Shown here: positions 1 to 13,320 of the stretch, piece by piece | How the letters are laid out: each line of letters begins with the position of its first letter | Numbering within the stretch: the first letter of the stretch is position 1 | Assembly (NCBI GenBank): GCA_964016885.1 | Contig: OZ024743.1 | Span: 175,832,001 to 175,896,000, forward strand | Source of the DNA: Eledone cirrhosa | Lineage: Eukaryota | DNA length: 64,000 bases | Reading direction: 5' to 3' | Notes under the pieces: model-generated | Told to the model about the DNA's origin: nothing | Databases searched by the model: none | What the model saw: the letters and a program-made list of their open reading frames with translations, nothing else | Position numbers and translations under genes: made by a program

Positions 1-128
1 TTACATAAGACAGTATAACGCAGTCTTCGTTCAATTTCTGTGTATATTGTCAATTACGATTTTATTTGATGTATCATATCTACATGCATATATACTTGCG
101 TATAATATCAATATGCACACTACACATG

Positions 129-166
129 CTAGCAGAAAACCACCCGAAGGGTCGTTTTTCTGCTAG
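129..166. other. Isolated hairpin with CTAG at both ends (possible Helitron-type 3' terminus remnant)
   Basis: ctagcagaaaaccacccgaagggtcgtttttctgctag forms an imperfect stem-loop ending in CTAG followed by T; no matching 5' end visible. Confidence 0.3.
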
Positions 167-260
167 TTTTATATAATGATATAAACTATAATATTAGATA
201 TAACGTTTGTGTGTGTTTTTCACATCCAAACAAACACACACACACACATTCACATACACG

Positions 261-291
<31 letters not shown>

Positions 292-1040
292 TAATATATA
301 AGCTGATATGTTTACGAATATACTGGATGTTAGAGTATTTGGAACACTTTTGATACCAACCCGGTCAAACCCAGCTGGTTCTATAAAACAAACCACACAT
401 TTTGAAGTGTTCCTATTTAAAGAAAAATCTCCTAACATAATTAGTTATTAACTTAGTAATGAGGTAATTAGGAACTTTAGTAAATCTGTCAAAATTCTTC
501 ATTTCTTAATTGGAAGAATGTGTATTTCGCTAATATTGTTACAGGCTTTATTAACTCGGATACACGAATTTGCATAAATAACTCATTTATGGCAGTTGAT
601 TTTATTTATTATTTACTGACGCATTAGCAGTGCTGTAAATCACAGCAGAATAATCCTTATCATTTAGAGTGTTAACTAAGTGTGTAAATTAAAATTCAAT
701 AAACTGTACATTTGTAAATGAGTGCCTTGTCATATAATCTCATCGAGGATAGAGAAGAGACCAGCTGCACTGATTTCAATCTTTATTGAGATCTCATCTG
801 GGAATCCTGATTTCTAATTCAAGTTTATTTTACATATCCCTATGAGGGCTGAAACCTTTAGATCTGAGATTGAATAAAGTGGATATAAGATATTAGTAAA
901 TGAACATATAGTTACGTCATGATGTAGTTGAATCACTGTGGAAAACTACCCATGGCCCCCTGCTGTATGGAAAGTAATTAGTAAAGTGGCCGCTTAAGAC
1001 ATTTAATGTAATTGCCAACAATGATATACGTATATGTATA

Positions 1041-1074
1041 GAGAGAGGGGAAACGAAGAGAGAAAGAAAGAGAA

Positions 1075-1162
<88 letters not shown>

Positions 1163-1190
1163 CGAGAGAGAGCGAGAGAGAGGGAGAGAG
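1041..1190. repeat. (AG)n microsatellite
   Basis: Direct reading; source of the spurious ERERER/SLSLSL ORFs. Confidence 0.95.
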
Positions 1191-1254
1191 AATGTATGTA
1201 TATTTGTACAAATACACACACACACACATACGCATATATATATATATATATATA

Positions 1255-1397
1255 TATTGATTGAAATAACAGATACTTTATTATTATTACTTAATCTGTT
1301 ATTTCAATAAATATTTGCTCTACGGTTCTTATATATTTGATATATATTTATCCTTATCGAGCTCTCTTTGGATTTTAGTCTTCAAATTTATTATTAT

Positions 1398-1402
<5 letters not shown>
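1255..1402 (+). mobile_element. Solo 3' end of the pLTR of the PLE family at 15128-17470, with a short inverted piece
   Basis: 1291-1402 is the reverse complement of ~15125-15235 and of ~45999-46093; flanked by (TA)n. Confidence 0.8.
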
Positions 1403-1432
<30 letters not shown>

Positions 1433-1737
1433 AAGAGTGAAGAATAACATGGTCGGCTTTACAAAAAGGGTTTTATTTCTAGTATTATCAATTGTTTCAT
1501 AGACCAGGTGAGTCAAAAGGCCGCTAATTACTCTAAGTTGCGCCACTCGACCATCAATACAATGTGTCTCTGATCTCTGATCAAATCATCGGAATACTCC
1601 ATAACTGGATTACCTAAAACGATAACTTGTTATCTCATATATATCTATATCTATATATATGTATATAATGTGTAATATAGAAGTGGTTTCTAGAGGATTA
1701 GAACTGTGTCATTCAGAGCAAATCACCAGGAAAGCCG

Positions 1738-1783
1738 ATTCCTGATGATTTCTTTTGAACGAAACAGTTCTAGACCTGTAGAA
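1738..1783 (+). ncRNA. Type I hammerhead ribozyme, family D (diverged copy), in a pLTR remnant ~1685-1872
   Basis: ttc CTGATGA tTTC tttt GAAc GAAA CAG..CTG TA gaa; a decayed inverted copy lies at ~1688-1733; the downstream flank resembles the reverse complement of 17730-17790. Confidence 0.7.
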
Positions 1784-1872
1784 GCTAGTTCTATATTAAA
1801 CATGTTGTTTACACTCTACTAATGTATTGAATGCCTTACTAAATGTAGTTACCTACGATTGAACCCGGGAGT

Positions 1873-1903
<31 letters not shown>

Positions 1904-2672
1904 ACACATACAATACACACATGCACACACACACACACACACAGACACAGATACACACACACACATACACACACACACACAAACACACATACACACACAT
2001 AGATATATATATGACTGTATCATTTCCATTTTGTCCACACATATACATCGGTATAGTATATATATATTTGTCGAACCTCCGTATTTCTGTAACCTTACTA
2101 AATACTAGTCTATATCACTATCTGTCTTCCTATTTATATACACACATACATTCATCCATAAATTCATCAATCCATCCAATCCATACAATTATATACCCAT
2201 ACACCCATGTATCCATATATCCATCCATCCATACTTATATCCATCCATACGTTCATCCATTCTACCATGTATCCATAAATCTACACAACCATATATCCAT
2301 ATATCTAAACTGATATCCAACCATATATATAAATCCATCCATACATCCATGCATCCATGTATCCATACATCCATACAACCAAATATCCATACATCCATAC
2401 TTACATCCATACATATATATAATCATATATCATCCGCTCCCACCCTCCATTTACACTTACATACATACAACATCCGCACATACATACGTTCATCCATCCA
2501 TACATCCATACATCCATACATCCATACAACCATTATTAAATAGATACACATTCAATTCTTTAACCACTTTTATCTTTCAAAACTCTATCATCTTCAAAAC
2601 TTTAATGAAAATTTAATGGTTGATGTGATAACAAACACAAACACAGAAACACACACTCACAGTCAGAGACAG

Positions 2673-2713
<41 letters not shown>

Positions 2714-4008
2714 CATACAAACCTTCACAGACATACACCAAAAACACATAAATATAAACATATATATTAATATATATACATATATATATATATGAATATA
2801 TATATATATTTATATATATATATACATAAAACCATACGCACACACACACACATATATATATATATGCAATATATACATGCATGCACTCAACTCTCTATGA
2901 ATGTGTATATATGTGTTTGTGTTTGCGTTCCGATTCACATGGAAATATGCATGCAGAGATGCTTGGATATGTGAAAATATAAATGGCCGTGCGGGTAAGA
3001 TATAATAAATATGTGCGGGTAAGAATGTGTATCTTAACGCACATATGTGTGTGTGTGTGTCTGTGTATATGTGTGTGTGATTGTGTGTGTGTGAGTGTGT
3101 GTATGTGTGTGTGTGTGAGTGTGTAAAAAAGATGCAATGCAAATCTATACATGTATGCACACAAATACCACAGACACGCACGCACACACACACACACACA
3201 CATATATCTATCTATATATACAAGCAGACAAACATGTATATATACATGTTTACCTTATTACATTGCCTGTATGTTTCTGGTTATATATTCTTTATATTTT
3301 AATTAATATTTCTTCATGTTTTACCCCAGGGAAAATATCATACATGAAAAAATTCCTAATACTATTATAATTGAGAGATTAGTGTATACACGCACATACA
3401 CAAACACACATACACACACATACACACTCATACACACATATGCACAATACAAACACACACAAACACACACATACACATACATACACACTCACACATACAC
3501 TCACAAACACACATACATCCATACACATGCACATACACACTTTCACACACACACAAGCACACGCACCCATACACCCACACACATACACACAAAGGCACAG
3601 GGACGCACACACACACATACATGCACACATACACACTGACACACAGAGATACACACACCCATACACATATACACACACACATGCACACACACATACACAC
3701 ACACATATACACAGTGATGTATAAATACGCGTGTTTACCTTGTTTTCCTATAGTATATATATATATATATATATATATATAGGTGTAACTGTGTATGTGC
3801 ATGTATATGCGTGTAGGTGTATCTCTGCGTGTGTGTGTGTGAATGTTTGTACATTATCGATTCAGGAGAAGAAATCCATAAAAAACAACAGCATAGTATA
3901 CTACATAGTATACTACATAGTATACTACAATTTCTACTCTTGTACTCGTATCTAAAGTTTTCCTAACCGCCAGCAATACTATCAAATACAGTGATGTGGA
4001 TATATAAC

Positions 4009-4039
<31 letters not shown>

Positions 4040-4084
4040 GTATATATATATATATATATATATACGTATATTATATATACACAC

Positions 4085-4115
<31 letters not shown>

Positions 4116-4218
4116 TATATATATATAATCATACACAGATATATACATATATATATATATGTATATATATATATATTATTTATATACATACATATATGTG
4201 TGTATATATATATATGTA

Positions 4219-4318
<100 letters not shown>

Positions 4319-4773
4319 GAGAGAGGTAGAGGAGGAGACAGAGCAAAAACTAGGCAGTAAATATCTATGTGAAAAGACAGATATATTATCATTAAAGAAA
4401 AAAAAAACTATGGACAGAAAAAAAAACTGATTTCATTCTGCTGTTATTAAGAATTTCATTTCATCGTTTAGCAAGAATTTCATCACTGGAATCGATACAT
4501 ACAAAATCAATGAACGGATATTATTTGATGATTCTTTTTTTTTTGCAAAGACCACAGAGGGATCTTGTAACTCCTTGCGATACGTCTTTGAAAAGCTACT
4601 CAACCACAATCAACATACACACAGGATGAAATAGTATGTATATATGTACGTATGTATGTATGAACATATGTGCAATCTTACAAAGCATCTTTGCACTCAA
4701 AGAACCCATATCGACAAAAATAATATTGATTCAAAACACCAGTCATAGTTCCCTATCTCATTCTTCCTCTTTC

Positions 4774-4775
<2 letters not shown>

Positions 4776-4804
<29 letters not shown>

Positions 4805-5065
4805 TGTATGTATGTATGTATGTATGTATGTATGTATGTATGTATGGATGTATGTATGTATGGATGTATGTATGTATGGATGGATGTATGGATGTATGTA
4901 TGTATGGATGGATGTATGGATGTATGTATGTATGGATGTATGTATGTATGTATGTATGTATGTATGTATGTATGTATGGATGGATGTATGGATGTATGTA
5001 TGTATGGATGGATGTATGGATGTATGTATGTATGGATGTATGTATGTATGGATGGATGGATGGAT
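4776..5065. repeat. (TATG)n/(TGGA)n compound tetranucleotide microsatellite
   Basis: Direct reading. Confidence 0.95.
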
Positions 5066-5209
5066 AAGCCCATGCACGCATATATATATATGTTTATAGT
5101 AATATGAAACTCTATAGTTATGTTTATATATATATATATATATCTATATATCTATATATATATATATATATATATATAGAAGTGGTTACACAACAGTTAG
5201 TTCACCATA

Positions 5210-5249
5210 CCGAGAACAATTGTTTCACCTTCGCGGATCTTCAGCTCGG
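5210..5249 (-). ncRNA. Minimal type I hammerhead ribozyme in the inverted pLTR of PLE-1
   Basis: Minus strand ccgag CTGAAGA tCC gcgaa GGt GAAA C aatt G TT ctcgg; 5-bp helix I; palindromic AACAATTGTT helix III. Confidence 0.85.
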
Positions 5250-5715
5250 GATGTATATGGTTATAGGAACAGGAAGGACAACCGTATGAACGCGCATGCG
5301 CAGAAACTCGGTCACTTCACATAGGCAATAGTAAATAGGAGACTACGTGCGGGGGGTGTAAGGGAGATAACTGCGAAAGTCCGGAAAGTTTTTTGGTTCC
5401 TGTTCCTATAACCATATACATCCCGAGCTGAAAATCCGCGAAGGTGAAACAATTGTTCTCGGTATGGTGAACTAACTGTTGTGTAACCACTTCTACCTAA
5501 CTCGTCCCTTGGACTGAGTGCTCTACCACTACGGTTATTAACTTCCAGTGTTCCACCACTATTTACGTCTCCAGCAGCGGTCAGCAGATTCTCTTCACTG
5601 CGTAGAAGTTTGGCTTTTAGCAGATTCTTCACCACGTGCGAGTTTGGCTTACTACCCTGAGAGCGCTCTATATATCCTCGTGTCCTACACAATTTTGCGT
5701 CTCATCAACGTCAGT

Positions 5716-7892
5716 ATGGATTTATACGAACTGAATTACTCCCTGAAGAACATTCAAACTCCCTCCAACCATGTTTACCAAAAGCTCCTCCTACAAAAAG
5801 CGGAAGATGTCGTCAGACGCTTAAGATGGCGAGCCCTAGCTTTCGACGGCAAAATTACAGGCACCAACAACACCTTCAACCTGAAATCGAGAGCCTACCC
5901 TCCTAAGGTAACCGAACTTGCTCCTTTCGAGACGGACCTTCTTGACTTAGTCGCTAACATTTCCTTTCTCAAACACACTAACACCTTTCAAACGAAACTC
6001 AGAAACGATATTAAGAAATTTAGGTCTTCTAATAACACCTTCGTCCTTTCCGACAAAACTAACAATATTTACGAAGTCGACAACACCACTTTCCGCCACC
6101 TGGCCCATAACGCTATTACTTCTAAATATAAGAGAGCTAACCCTACGGTCTACCACGACATTAATACAGAAGCCAAGGAACTCGCCACCGACCTTGAGGT
6201 AGATAAGAAGCTACAATCTCTAGCTAAGCGAGAGGCGTTCCTCATCCTGAAAGATCACAAGGTAGACTTTACTTCTAACCCTACCTGCAGACTAATAAAC
6301 CCGGCACGCACAGATATGGGTCTAGTCAGTAAGGCCATACTTAGAAACATAGTTAAGACCATTAGGACCAAGTCCAACCTGTTTACCAAAAGCTCCTCCT
6401 ACAAAAAGCAGAAGATGTCGTCAGACTCCGTAATTAAGTGGTTTAACTCCTCTAAATCCAAAAAAGCGACTCCGTAATTAAGTGGTTTAACTCCTTTAAA
6501 TCCAAAAAAGCGAAGTTTACACAGTTTGATATTGTCGATTTTTACCCGTCGATCTCAGAGACCCCGTTAAACAAAGCGTTGGACTTCGCTACCACTTATA
6601 CCACCGTCGATGGTTTAGACAGGTAAATCATCGCTGACTGCCAGAAAACCCTCCTCTTCAACGACGGAGTAGCCTGGGCAAAGAAGTCTACATCTTCAGA
6701 CCTGTTCGACGTCTCCATGGGATCGTTTGACAGTGCTGACGAATGTGACTTGGTTGGCCTATTTATTTAAAACATATTACGTGTTAGATACCCGGACTTC
6801 CACACGGGAATATACCGTGACGATGGACTGACTTTATCGAGCCATAAAAGTGGTCACGACCTCGACCGGTTTAAAAAAGACTTAGCTTCTACCTTCAATG
6901 AGTTAGGCCTTAGGATAACAGTAGCCACCAACCTCTCTAGCGTGGATTTCTTAGACATTAATTTATACCTTCGCACACAAACACACAGACCCTTCCATAA
7001 GCTAAACGAGAAACTTAATTACATTCACAAGGACTCATGCCACCCTCCCACTGTTTTTAGAAATTTCGTTAAGAATATCAGTACTAGAATCTCAAACCTC
7101 TCCTCTAATATGGCTATCTTTGACAGGGCGGCACCCTACTATAACACGGCGTTGGCTAACAGCGGCTTCTTACAACCTATCACCTACTCACCCACTAGCA
7201 ACAACACCATTAAAAAAAGTAAGCGTATCAATAGACAAACTATCTGGTTCTCTCCTCCCTTCTCACTCAACGTTAAAACCAATGTAGGAAAAACATTTCT
7301 AGCCCTCTTAGATAGACACTTCTCCATAGGTCATAAATACCACTCCACCTTTAACCGACACAAAGTTAAACTAGGATACTCCTGCGCTAAGAACATGAAG
7401 GCCCATATCACCAGCAGCCCTAGGAGCAACACCCCACCAGGGTGCTCTTGCCGTAAGCCTGAAGCTTGTCCCCTTCAACAACAATGTAACACACCAGCTG
7501 TAATCTATGAAGCTGTGGTCACTTCCAACCGACCAAACGAACCACAGGAGGTCAAATCCTATGTGGGCATGGCGGAGGGCCGATTCAAGGAGCGTTTCCT
7601 GAACCACCAGTCTACCTTCAGATATCCGGACAGACGTTCATCCACGAAACTCGCGAGCCACGTATGGTCCCGCAAGGACTCAAGTATAGGGTACTCCATT
7701 CAATGGAAAGCCATCACTAAGTCCAAGCCATACGCAAGGGGAAATCCGACGTGTGGCTTATGTATTGACGAACGAATAACTATCCTAACGAGATTACGCA
7801 ATAGTGATTGCCTAAACACGAGAAGTGAATTTTTCACACGTTGTCCACACGTCACCAAACATCTATTACATAACTACAAGGCTCCGGACTGA
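5716..7892 (+). pseudogene. PLE reverse transcriptase + C-terminal GIY-YIG endonuclease, disrupted
   Basis: Motifs YSLKNI, SDKTNN, LKDHK, CRLINP, FDIVDFYPSI, VSMGSFD, GIYRDDG (~6808-6828), DFLD, WFSPPFS, CSCRKPEACP, VIYE..SYVG, FKERFLNH, CGLC; a templated insertion/duplication at ~6373-6511 and two TAA stops. Confidence 0.92.
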
Positions 7893-8078
7893 TTCATTGT
7901 AATTTTATTTAAAAATTTTTTTATTTTATTTTCAACCAAAAAACTTTCCAGATTTTCGCAGTTACCCTTAACCCCCCCCCCCCCGCACGCAGTCTACTAT
8001 TGCCTGTGTGAAGTGACCGAGTTTCTGCGCATGCGCGTTCGTACGGTTGTCCTTCCTATTCCTATAACCATATACATC

Positions 8079-8116
8079 CCGAGCTGAAGATCCGCGAAGG
8101 TGAAACAATTGTTCTC
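8079..8116 (+). ncRNA. Minimal type I hammerhead ribozyme in the 3' pLTR of PLE-1
   Basis: gag CTGAAGA tCC gcgaa GGt GAAA C aatt G TT ctc; the 5' direct copy at 5423-5462 has CTGAAAA (G8 to A, C3-G8 pair broken). Confidence 0.85.
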
Positions 8117-8212
8117 AGTATGGTGAACTAACTGTTGTGTAACCACTTCTATCTAACTCGTCCCTTGGACAGAGTGCTCTACCACTACGGATATTAGCTT
8201 CCAGTGTTCTAC

Positions 8213-8257
<45 letters not shown>

Positions 8258-8260
<3 letters not shown>

Positions 8261-8445
8261 AATTGTTTCTATTTTAGGCACAAGGCCAGCAATTACCCAG
8301 TACATTACTGGTACTTTATTTTATCGACCCCGTAAGGATGAAAGGCAAAGTTAACCTCGGCTGGATTTGAACTCAGATCATAAAGCGAAGTAACTCTATG
8401 CTTTAAAGCATGGTGTCCGACTCTCTGCCGATACTGCCAATCCTC
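8258..8445 (-). mobile_element. tRNA-derived SINE (dominant family of this window)
   Basis: Reverse complement of gagttcaaatcc..gttaactttgcctttcatccttacggggtcgataaaataaagtaccag..aattgctggccttgtgcc..tagaaacaat, which recurs many times in the window. Confidence 0.85.
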
Positions 8446-8449
8446 CTTT

Positions 8450-8830
8450 ATCCTCCTTATATAGCTCTGATATTGAATCAATCTAATCCATTCAGATTAT
8501 TTTGTCCCTATTAATCATAGAGCAACAACGGTTAAGGTTGGCACCACACAAATTCAGAGATATATGTGGGTATATGCATGTATATGTATGTATTCGCATG
8601 TGTCTGCGTATTTCTTTGTATTGTTTATAACTCCCTACGGTAGAGTAACCACTGAAGTATAGTGACTGCTGTTAAGCTTACACTACTCACACTTCTCGCC
8701 CTCCTAGCCAACTCTTTTACGGCCTTGATATAAATACCCACTCCGCCTTTTGTGGTATTTTTCTCTTGGTTGTTTTTGCTGTATTATTTCGGATATTTAC
8801 CACGCGGTATTCTAATCTATCGGTTATTTA
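8450..8830 (+). repeat. Dispersed repeat homologous to ~37900-38230, directly upstream of the RTE LINE
   Basis: Shared blocks gagcaac..taaggttggcacca, ataactccct, gtgactgctg, gatataaataccc..gtggtatttt. Confidence 0.7.
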
Positions 8831-8920
8831 AGTTTGTTAGCCTACCTCACAATTTCCCTCCCACCCACGCCCTCACACCACCATAGCCTATTCGACCAAT
8901 CAAACCTCAGCATGCCATTT

Positions 8921-8935
8921 CTACTGCTGCTGCTG

Positions 8936-8980
<45 letters not shown>

Positions 8981-8981
8981 T

Positions 8982-9053
<72 letters not shown>
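8921..9053. repeat. (CTA)n trinucleotide microsatellite
   Basis: Direct reading; source of the poly-Leu ORF 8834-9061. Confidence 0.95.
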
Positions 9054-9199
9054 CTAACTAACTCTCTCCTCCCCTGTAGCAGCCTAACACACCCTGCCAT
9101 TATCCCACCACCACTGTTCTTCTAGCCCTCAATTTTCCCACCGTTATGGATGGATGAGCTGAGAATAAATTTGAGCAACTCTGAATCAATAGATGAAAT

Positions 9200-12100
9200 A
9201 TGAATCTGCGAGCTACCAAGCACCCATGTGAAGCGCCAACCCAGAGACCCTTCCCTACGAGTGTCGACAAATGCCCAAAACTCCGAGTTGGTGCCATCAA
9301 TGTAGGCTCAATGAAAGGAAGAGCAGGAGGAATCGTAGAAATGCTAGAGCGAAAGGAAATTTATGTATGCTGTGTTGAAGAGACTAGATGGAGAGGAGAG
9401 TCTGCCAGAGTCCTGGTAGGAAAAAGTCGGTGCTACAAATTTTTCTGGGTGGGAAATGACGATGGGATGGGTGGTGTAGGTATACTACTAGCTGACAAGT
9501 GGGTAGATAAAGTAATCTCAGTGTACAGGGTAAATGCAAGAATCATTAAACTCAGACTAGTCCTGAATAAAACAATTACCACAATAATATCAGCTTACGC
9601 ACCAATCGGGGCTGCCAGACGAACTTAAGGATAGGTTTTACGAGTCCCTAATGCACACTACTGCTCTACAGACGACAATGACTTCCTAATCATCGCAGGA
9701 GATTTTAACGGACACGTAGGTAAACACTGCGACGGCTTCAATAGAGTACATGGAGGCCATGGGGTTGGCACAAGAAATGAGGAAGGATTCAGACTTCTAG
9801 AATTCTGCGACGCCAATGAAATGTCGATATGTAACACAAACTTTAAAAAACCGACAACCACCAGATCACCTATAGATCAGGGGAGCACTCCAGTCAGATA
9901 GATTTTATCCTCATCAGAGGACGTGACAGATGGAAGGTCGTAAACACAAAAGCCTTCCCTAGTGAGGAATGTACATTCCAACATAGCTTAGTTGTCAGCG
10001 ACCTCACGGTCAGAACTAGACGAACCTGGAAACAGAGGCCAACCTGGAGAAGAAAGATCTGGAAGCTGAAAGTCCCCTCAACCAGTAACAGATTTAAAGA
10101 TATTTTACTCAACGCCCACGACAGTAAAGAAGAACAGATACAGACATTTAATGTAGAAGAGAACTGGGAGTTCCTAAAAAATAATTTACTAGAGGCGACG
10201 GATGAGGTCTGTGGCTGGAGTAAGACCTCAAGCAGGAGGAGAGTGACTTGGTGGTGGAACAATAAGGTAGATGAAGCAGTTAAGGCCAAGAGACAGGCAT
10301 GGAAAGAATGGAAGAACGGGGGGAGCAGGGTACATTACATAAAGACCAAGAGGGAAGCTAGGCGACAAGTATACTTAGCTAGGAGGGAAGCAGAGGATAG
10401 AAAATTCAAGCATGTTTTGCAACGTGAGGACCAGAAACAGGAGGTATTCAAGATTGCGAGGCAGTGTATCAGAGATAGTTGTGATATCATTGGAGAGAAG
10501 TGTATCCGGAATGATAAAAGTGAGCTTGCCCTCACAAGTGCTGAGAAGAAAGATGCATGGAAGAGTCATTATGATAGATTACTAAATGAGGAGACTGCAT
10601 GGGAAGAAGAGACCCTACCCCAAGTAGACCCTATAGAGGGGCCAGCAGTACAAGTCAGCAGCAACGTAGTAAGTAAGGCAATCAAAGATATGAAGATGGG
10701 GAAGGCAACCGGTCCATCGGGTATAAGTGCCGAGATGCTGAAGGAATCTGGGTCTGTAGGTCACACTATAACCACACGTATTGTTAACCAGGTAATACTA
10801 GAAGGTGTCATACCAAAAGACTGGTGCAGTAGCATCATTGTCAACTGCTACAAAGGTAAAGACGATGCACTAGATAGAGGAAACTATAGAGGTATAAATT
10901 TGATGGACCAGGTCATGAAAGTAACAGAAAGAGTTATAGCACAGTTGATTAGGGACCGGGTGAAAATAGACGAGATGCAATTTGGGTTTGTACCAGGAAG
11001 AGGCACCACTGATGCCCTCTTCCTTGTGAGGCAATTACAGGAAAAGTACCTAGCTAAAAGTAAGCCACTCTACTTGGCATTTGTCGACCTTGAGAAAGCC
11101 TTTGACAGAGTTCCACGTGCTGTAATCTGGTGGGCTCTTAGAAAACTAGGAGTAGATGAATGGCTTGTGAAAGCGGTACAAGCCATGTATAGGGGAGCAG
11201 TCAGCAAAGTTAGGATTAGCAATGAGTATAGCGATGAATTTTTGCGTACAGGTTGGGGTCCACCAGGGCTCTGTTCTTAGCCCCTTCCTGTTCATCATAG
11301 TCCTGCAGGCAATAACGGAGGAGTTTAAGACCGGATGCCCATGGGAACTCCTGTATGCTGATGACCTCGCACTCATAGCTGAATCTATGGTAGAACTAGA
11401 GAATAAATTTCAAACTTGGAAGCAGGAACTAGAAAGAAAGGGTCTCAAAGTCAACATGACAAAGACTAAGGTCCTTGTAAGTAGACGAGAAAATAGAACC
11501 CAGATCCCCTCAGGGAAATGGCCTTGCACAGTATGTAGGAAAGGTGTAGGTAGGAACTCCATTCTCTGCCGCAAATGCAAACAATGGGTACACAAGAGAT
11601 GTAGCGGGATCTCAGGAAGCTTAATTAAGAATGTAGGCTTCACATGCAGCAGCTGTGCTGAGACAGCAAGCAGCAAACAGCCACAGGAAACAAGTACCAC
11701 CAATCTCTGGGAGGGCTCTGTAGAAACAGTAGACAGCTTCTGCTACCTAGGTGACCGAATTAGCAGCGGAGGTGGGTGTTCAGAAAGTACAATAACTAGA
11801 GTAAGAACGGGATGGAAGAAGTTTAGGGAACTACTACCACTGCTAGCTGCAAAAAGGCTTCTCCCTCAGAATGAAAGGCAGACTGTATGATGCGTGTATC
11901 CGAACAACAATGTTGCATGGTAGTGAGACCTGGGCGCTGAAGGTGGAAGACTTTCGTAGATTAGAAAGAAACGAAGCCTGCATGGTCCGATGGATGTTTA
12001 ACAGTAATATACGTGAACGACAAAGCATAAATGAATTGAGAGAGAGACTGAGCATAAGAGGAATCAAATGCTGTGTGCAGGAGAGGCGGTTGCGCTGGTA

Positions 12101-12609
12101 TGGACATGTGATGCGTATGAAGGATGACAGATGCATAAAAGGGTACAGAGCACTAGAAGTTGATGGAAACCGACAGTGGGGAGACCCAAGATGACCTGGG
12201 ATGAGGTGATAAAAGCCGACCTTACCCATTACACCTCTCAAAGGCAATGACACACGACCGTGACTTCTGGCGTCACGCAGTAATACAGAGTACCCGACCT
12301 CCCATAGGTACAAGCTGAAGCATATAGACAATATGCCCCCACACCCCCCACCGCAAGGTGGTTGTGGAGGTGCCACGGCAAAAAAGCACTCAGCCCACAC
12401 TGTAAAGTGGACGTGTAGGCGCCACGAAAAAGCACTCAGCACTCACTGTAAATGAGGTTGGTGTTAGGAAGGGCATCAAGCCAAATCAGTTCCTGTATGA
12501 GCAAGGCATGGTCAGCCGACCAGACACTGCCCACAACAGGACAGCCCGTCTAACCCATGCTAGCGTGGAAGAACGGACGTAAAACGGTGATGATGATGAT
12601 GATGATGAT
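9200..12609 (+). mobile_element. RTE-clade LINE, near full length, frameshifted: APE endonuclease, RT, PHD-like Cys/His finger, (GAT)n tail
   Basis: APE motifs GAINVGSM, CVEETRW, GGVGIL, AGDFNGHVG, QIDFIL; RT motifs NYRGI, QFGFVPGRGTTDA, FVDLEKAFDRV, GVHQGSVLSP, LLYADDL, FCYLG; WPCTVC..CRKCKQWVHKRC..CSSC; RLRWYGHV; tail gatgatgat at 12589-12609; ORF split over several frames. Confidence 0.92.
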
Positions 12610-12630
12610 ATATATATATATATATATAAA

Positions 12631-12679
12631 GATTCCTGATGATTTCTAAAGAATGAAACAGTTCTAGTTCTGTAGAATC
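12631..12679 (+). ncRNA. Type I hammerhead ribozyme, family D
   Basis: gattc CTGATGA tTTC taaa GAAt GAAA CAG ttctagtt CTG TA gaatc; GUA cleavage triplet. Confidence 0.85.
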
Positions 12680-12697
12680 TCATCTATATTTAAACTA

Positions 12698-12750
<53 letters not shown>

Positions 12751-12763
12751 TAAATATAGATAA

Positions 12764-12812
12764 GATTCTACAAGACTAGAACTGTTTCATTCTTTAGAAA
12801 TCATCAGGAATC
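12764..12812 (-). ncRNA. Type I hammerhead ribozyme, family D, convergent partner of 12631-12679
   Basis: Reverse complement of the same motif across a (TA)n spacer. Confidence 0.8.
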
Positions 12813-13137
12813 TCTTATATATATATCATACACCTACGGTAGTAGGTGTATAATATTCTTAAGGTCCCATCCCATTTCGGTCACTCGCGACACCTTCAAA
12901 GCTTTGTCACTAATTCAATTTTTGATAGAATTGGATGCGGTTTTCTGCACTTTATAGGACCACAGATAAGCTACTTTTTGACATAAAAATATTGAAATTT
13001 GGTTCAGTAGAAAAAAAGTTACATAAAAATAAGTGAGGACCAAAAGAGTGTATGGAACTACATACATAAGTAGCGCTTAGTTTGTTTCTAATTTCTAATA
13101 CATTAAAATAGTGATAGATTGTGCAATAGCGAATTGT

Positions 13138-13210
13138 GGTCAGGTAGCTCAGTCGGTAGAGCAGCGGACCGGCAATCCGAAGGTTGTGGGTTCGATTCCC
13201 ACCCTGATTA
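13138..13210 (+). tRNA. tRNA-like gene or pseudogene (73 nt cloverleaf, anticodon position GGC, C at position 33)
   Basis: Acceptor GGTCAGG/CCTGATT, D arm GCTC-AGTCGGTA-GAGC, anticodon stem CGGA/TCCG, T arm GTGGG-TTCGATT-CCCAC, followed by TTTT; the non-canonical loop suggests a SINE head or pseudo-tRNA. Confidence 0.7.
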
Positions 13211-13320
13211 CTTTTCCTATCTGCACATCTTCCTATTTATTATTATTATTTAACTTATTTGTTGATAAATATTTTTATTAATATAATATATATTTTTAAT
13301 ATTGCCTGGAAAAAAAGTGG

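Larger units (their letters stand above)
5179..8216 (+). mobile_element. Penelope-like retroelement PLE-1 (Naiad-type), apparently full length: inverted pLTR, partial direct pLTR, ORF, 3' pLTR
   Basis: 5179-5396 is the reverse complement of ~7936-8150; 5397-5560 repeats ~8051-8216; both ends abut (TA)n; RT and GIY-YIG motifs inside. Confidence 0.93.

Noticed and set aside
6600-6790. Selenocysteine recoding in the Naiad-type PLE-1
   Set aside because: The in-frame stops here are TAA, not TGA; PLE-2 and PLE-5 fragments have no in-frame TGA
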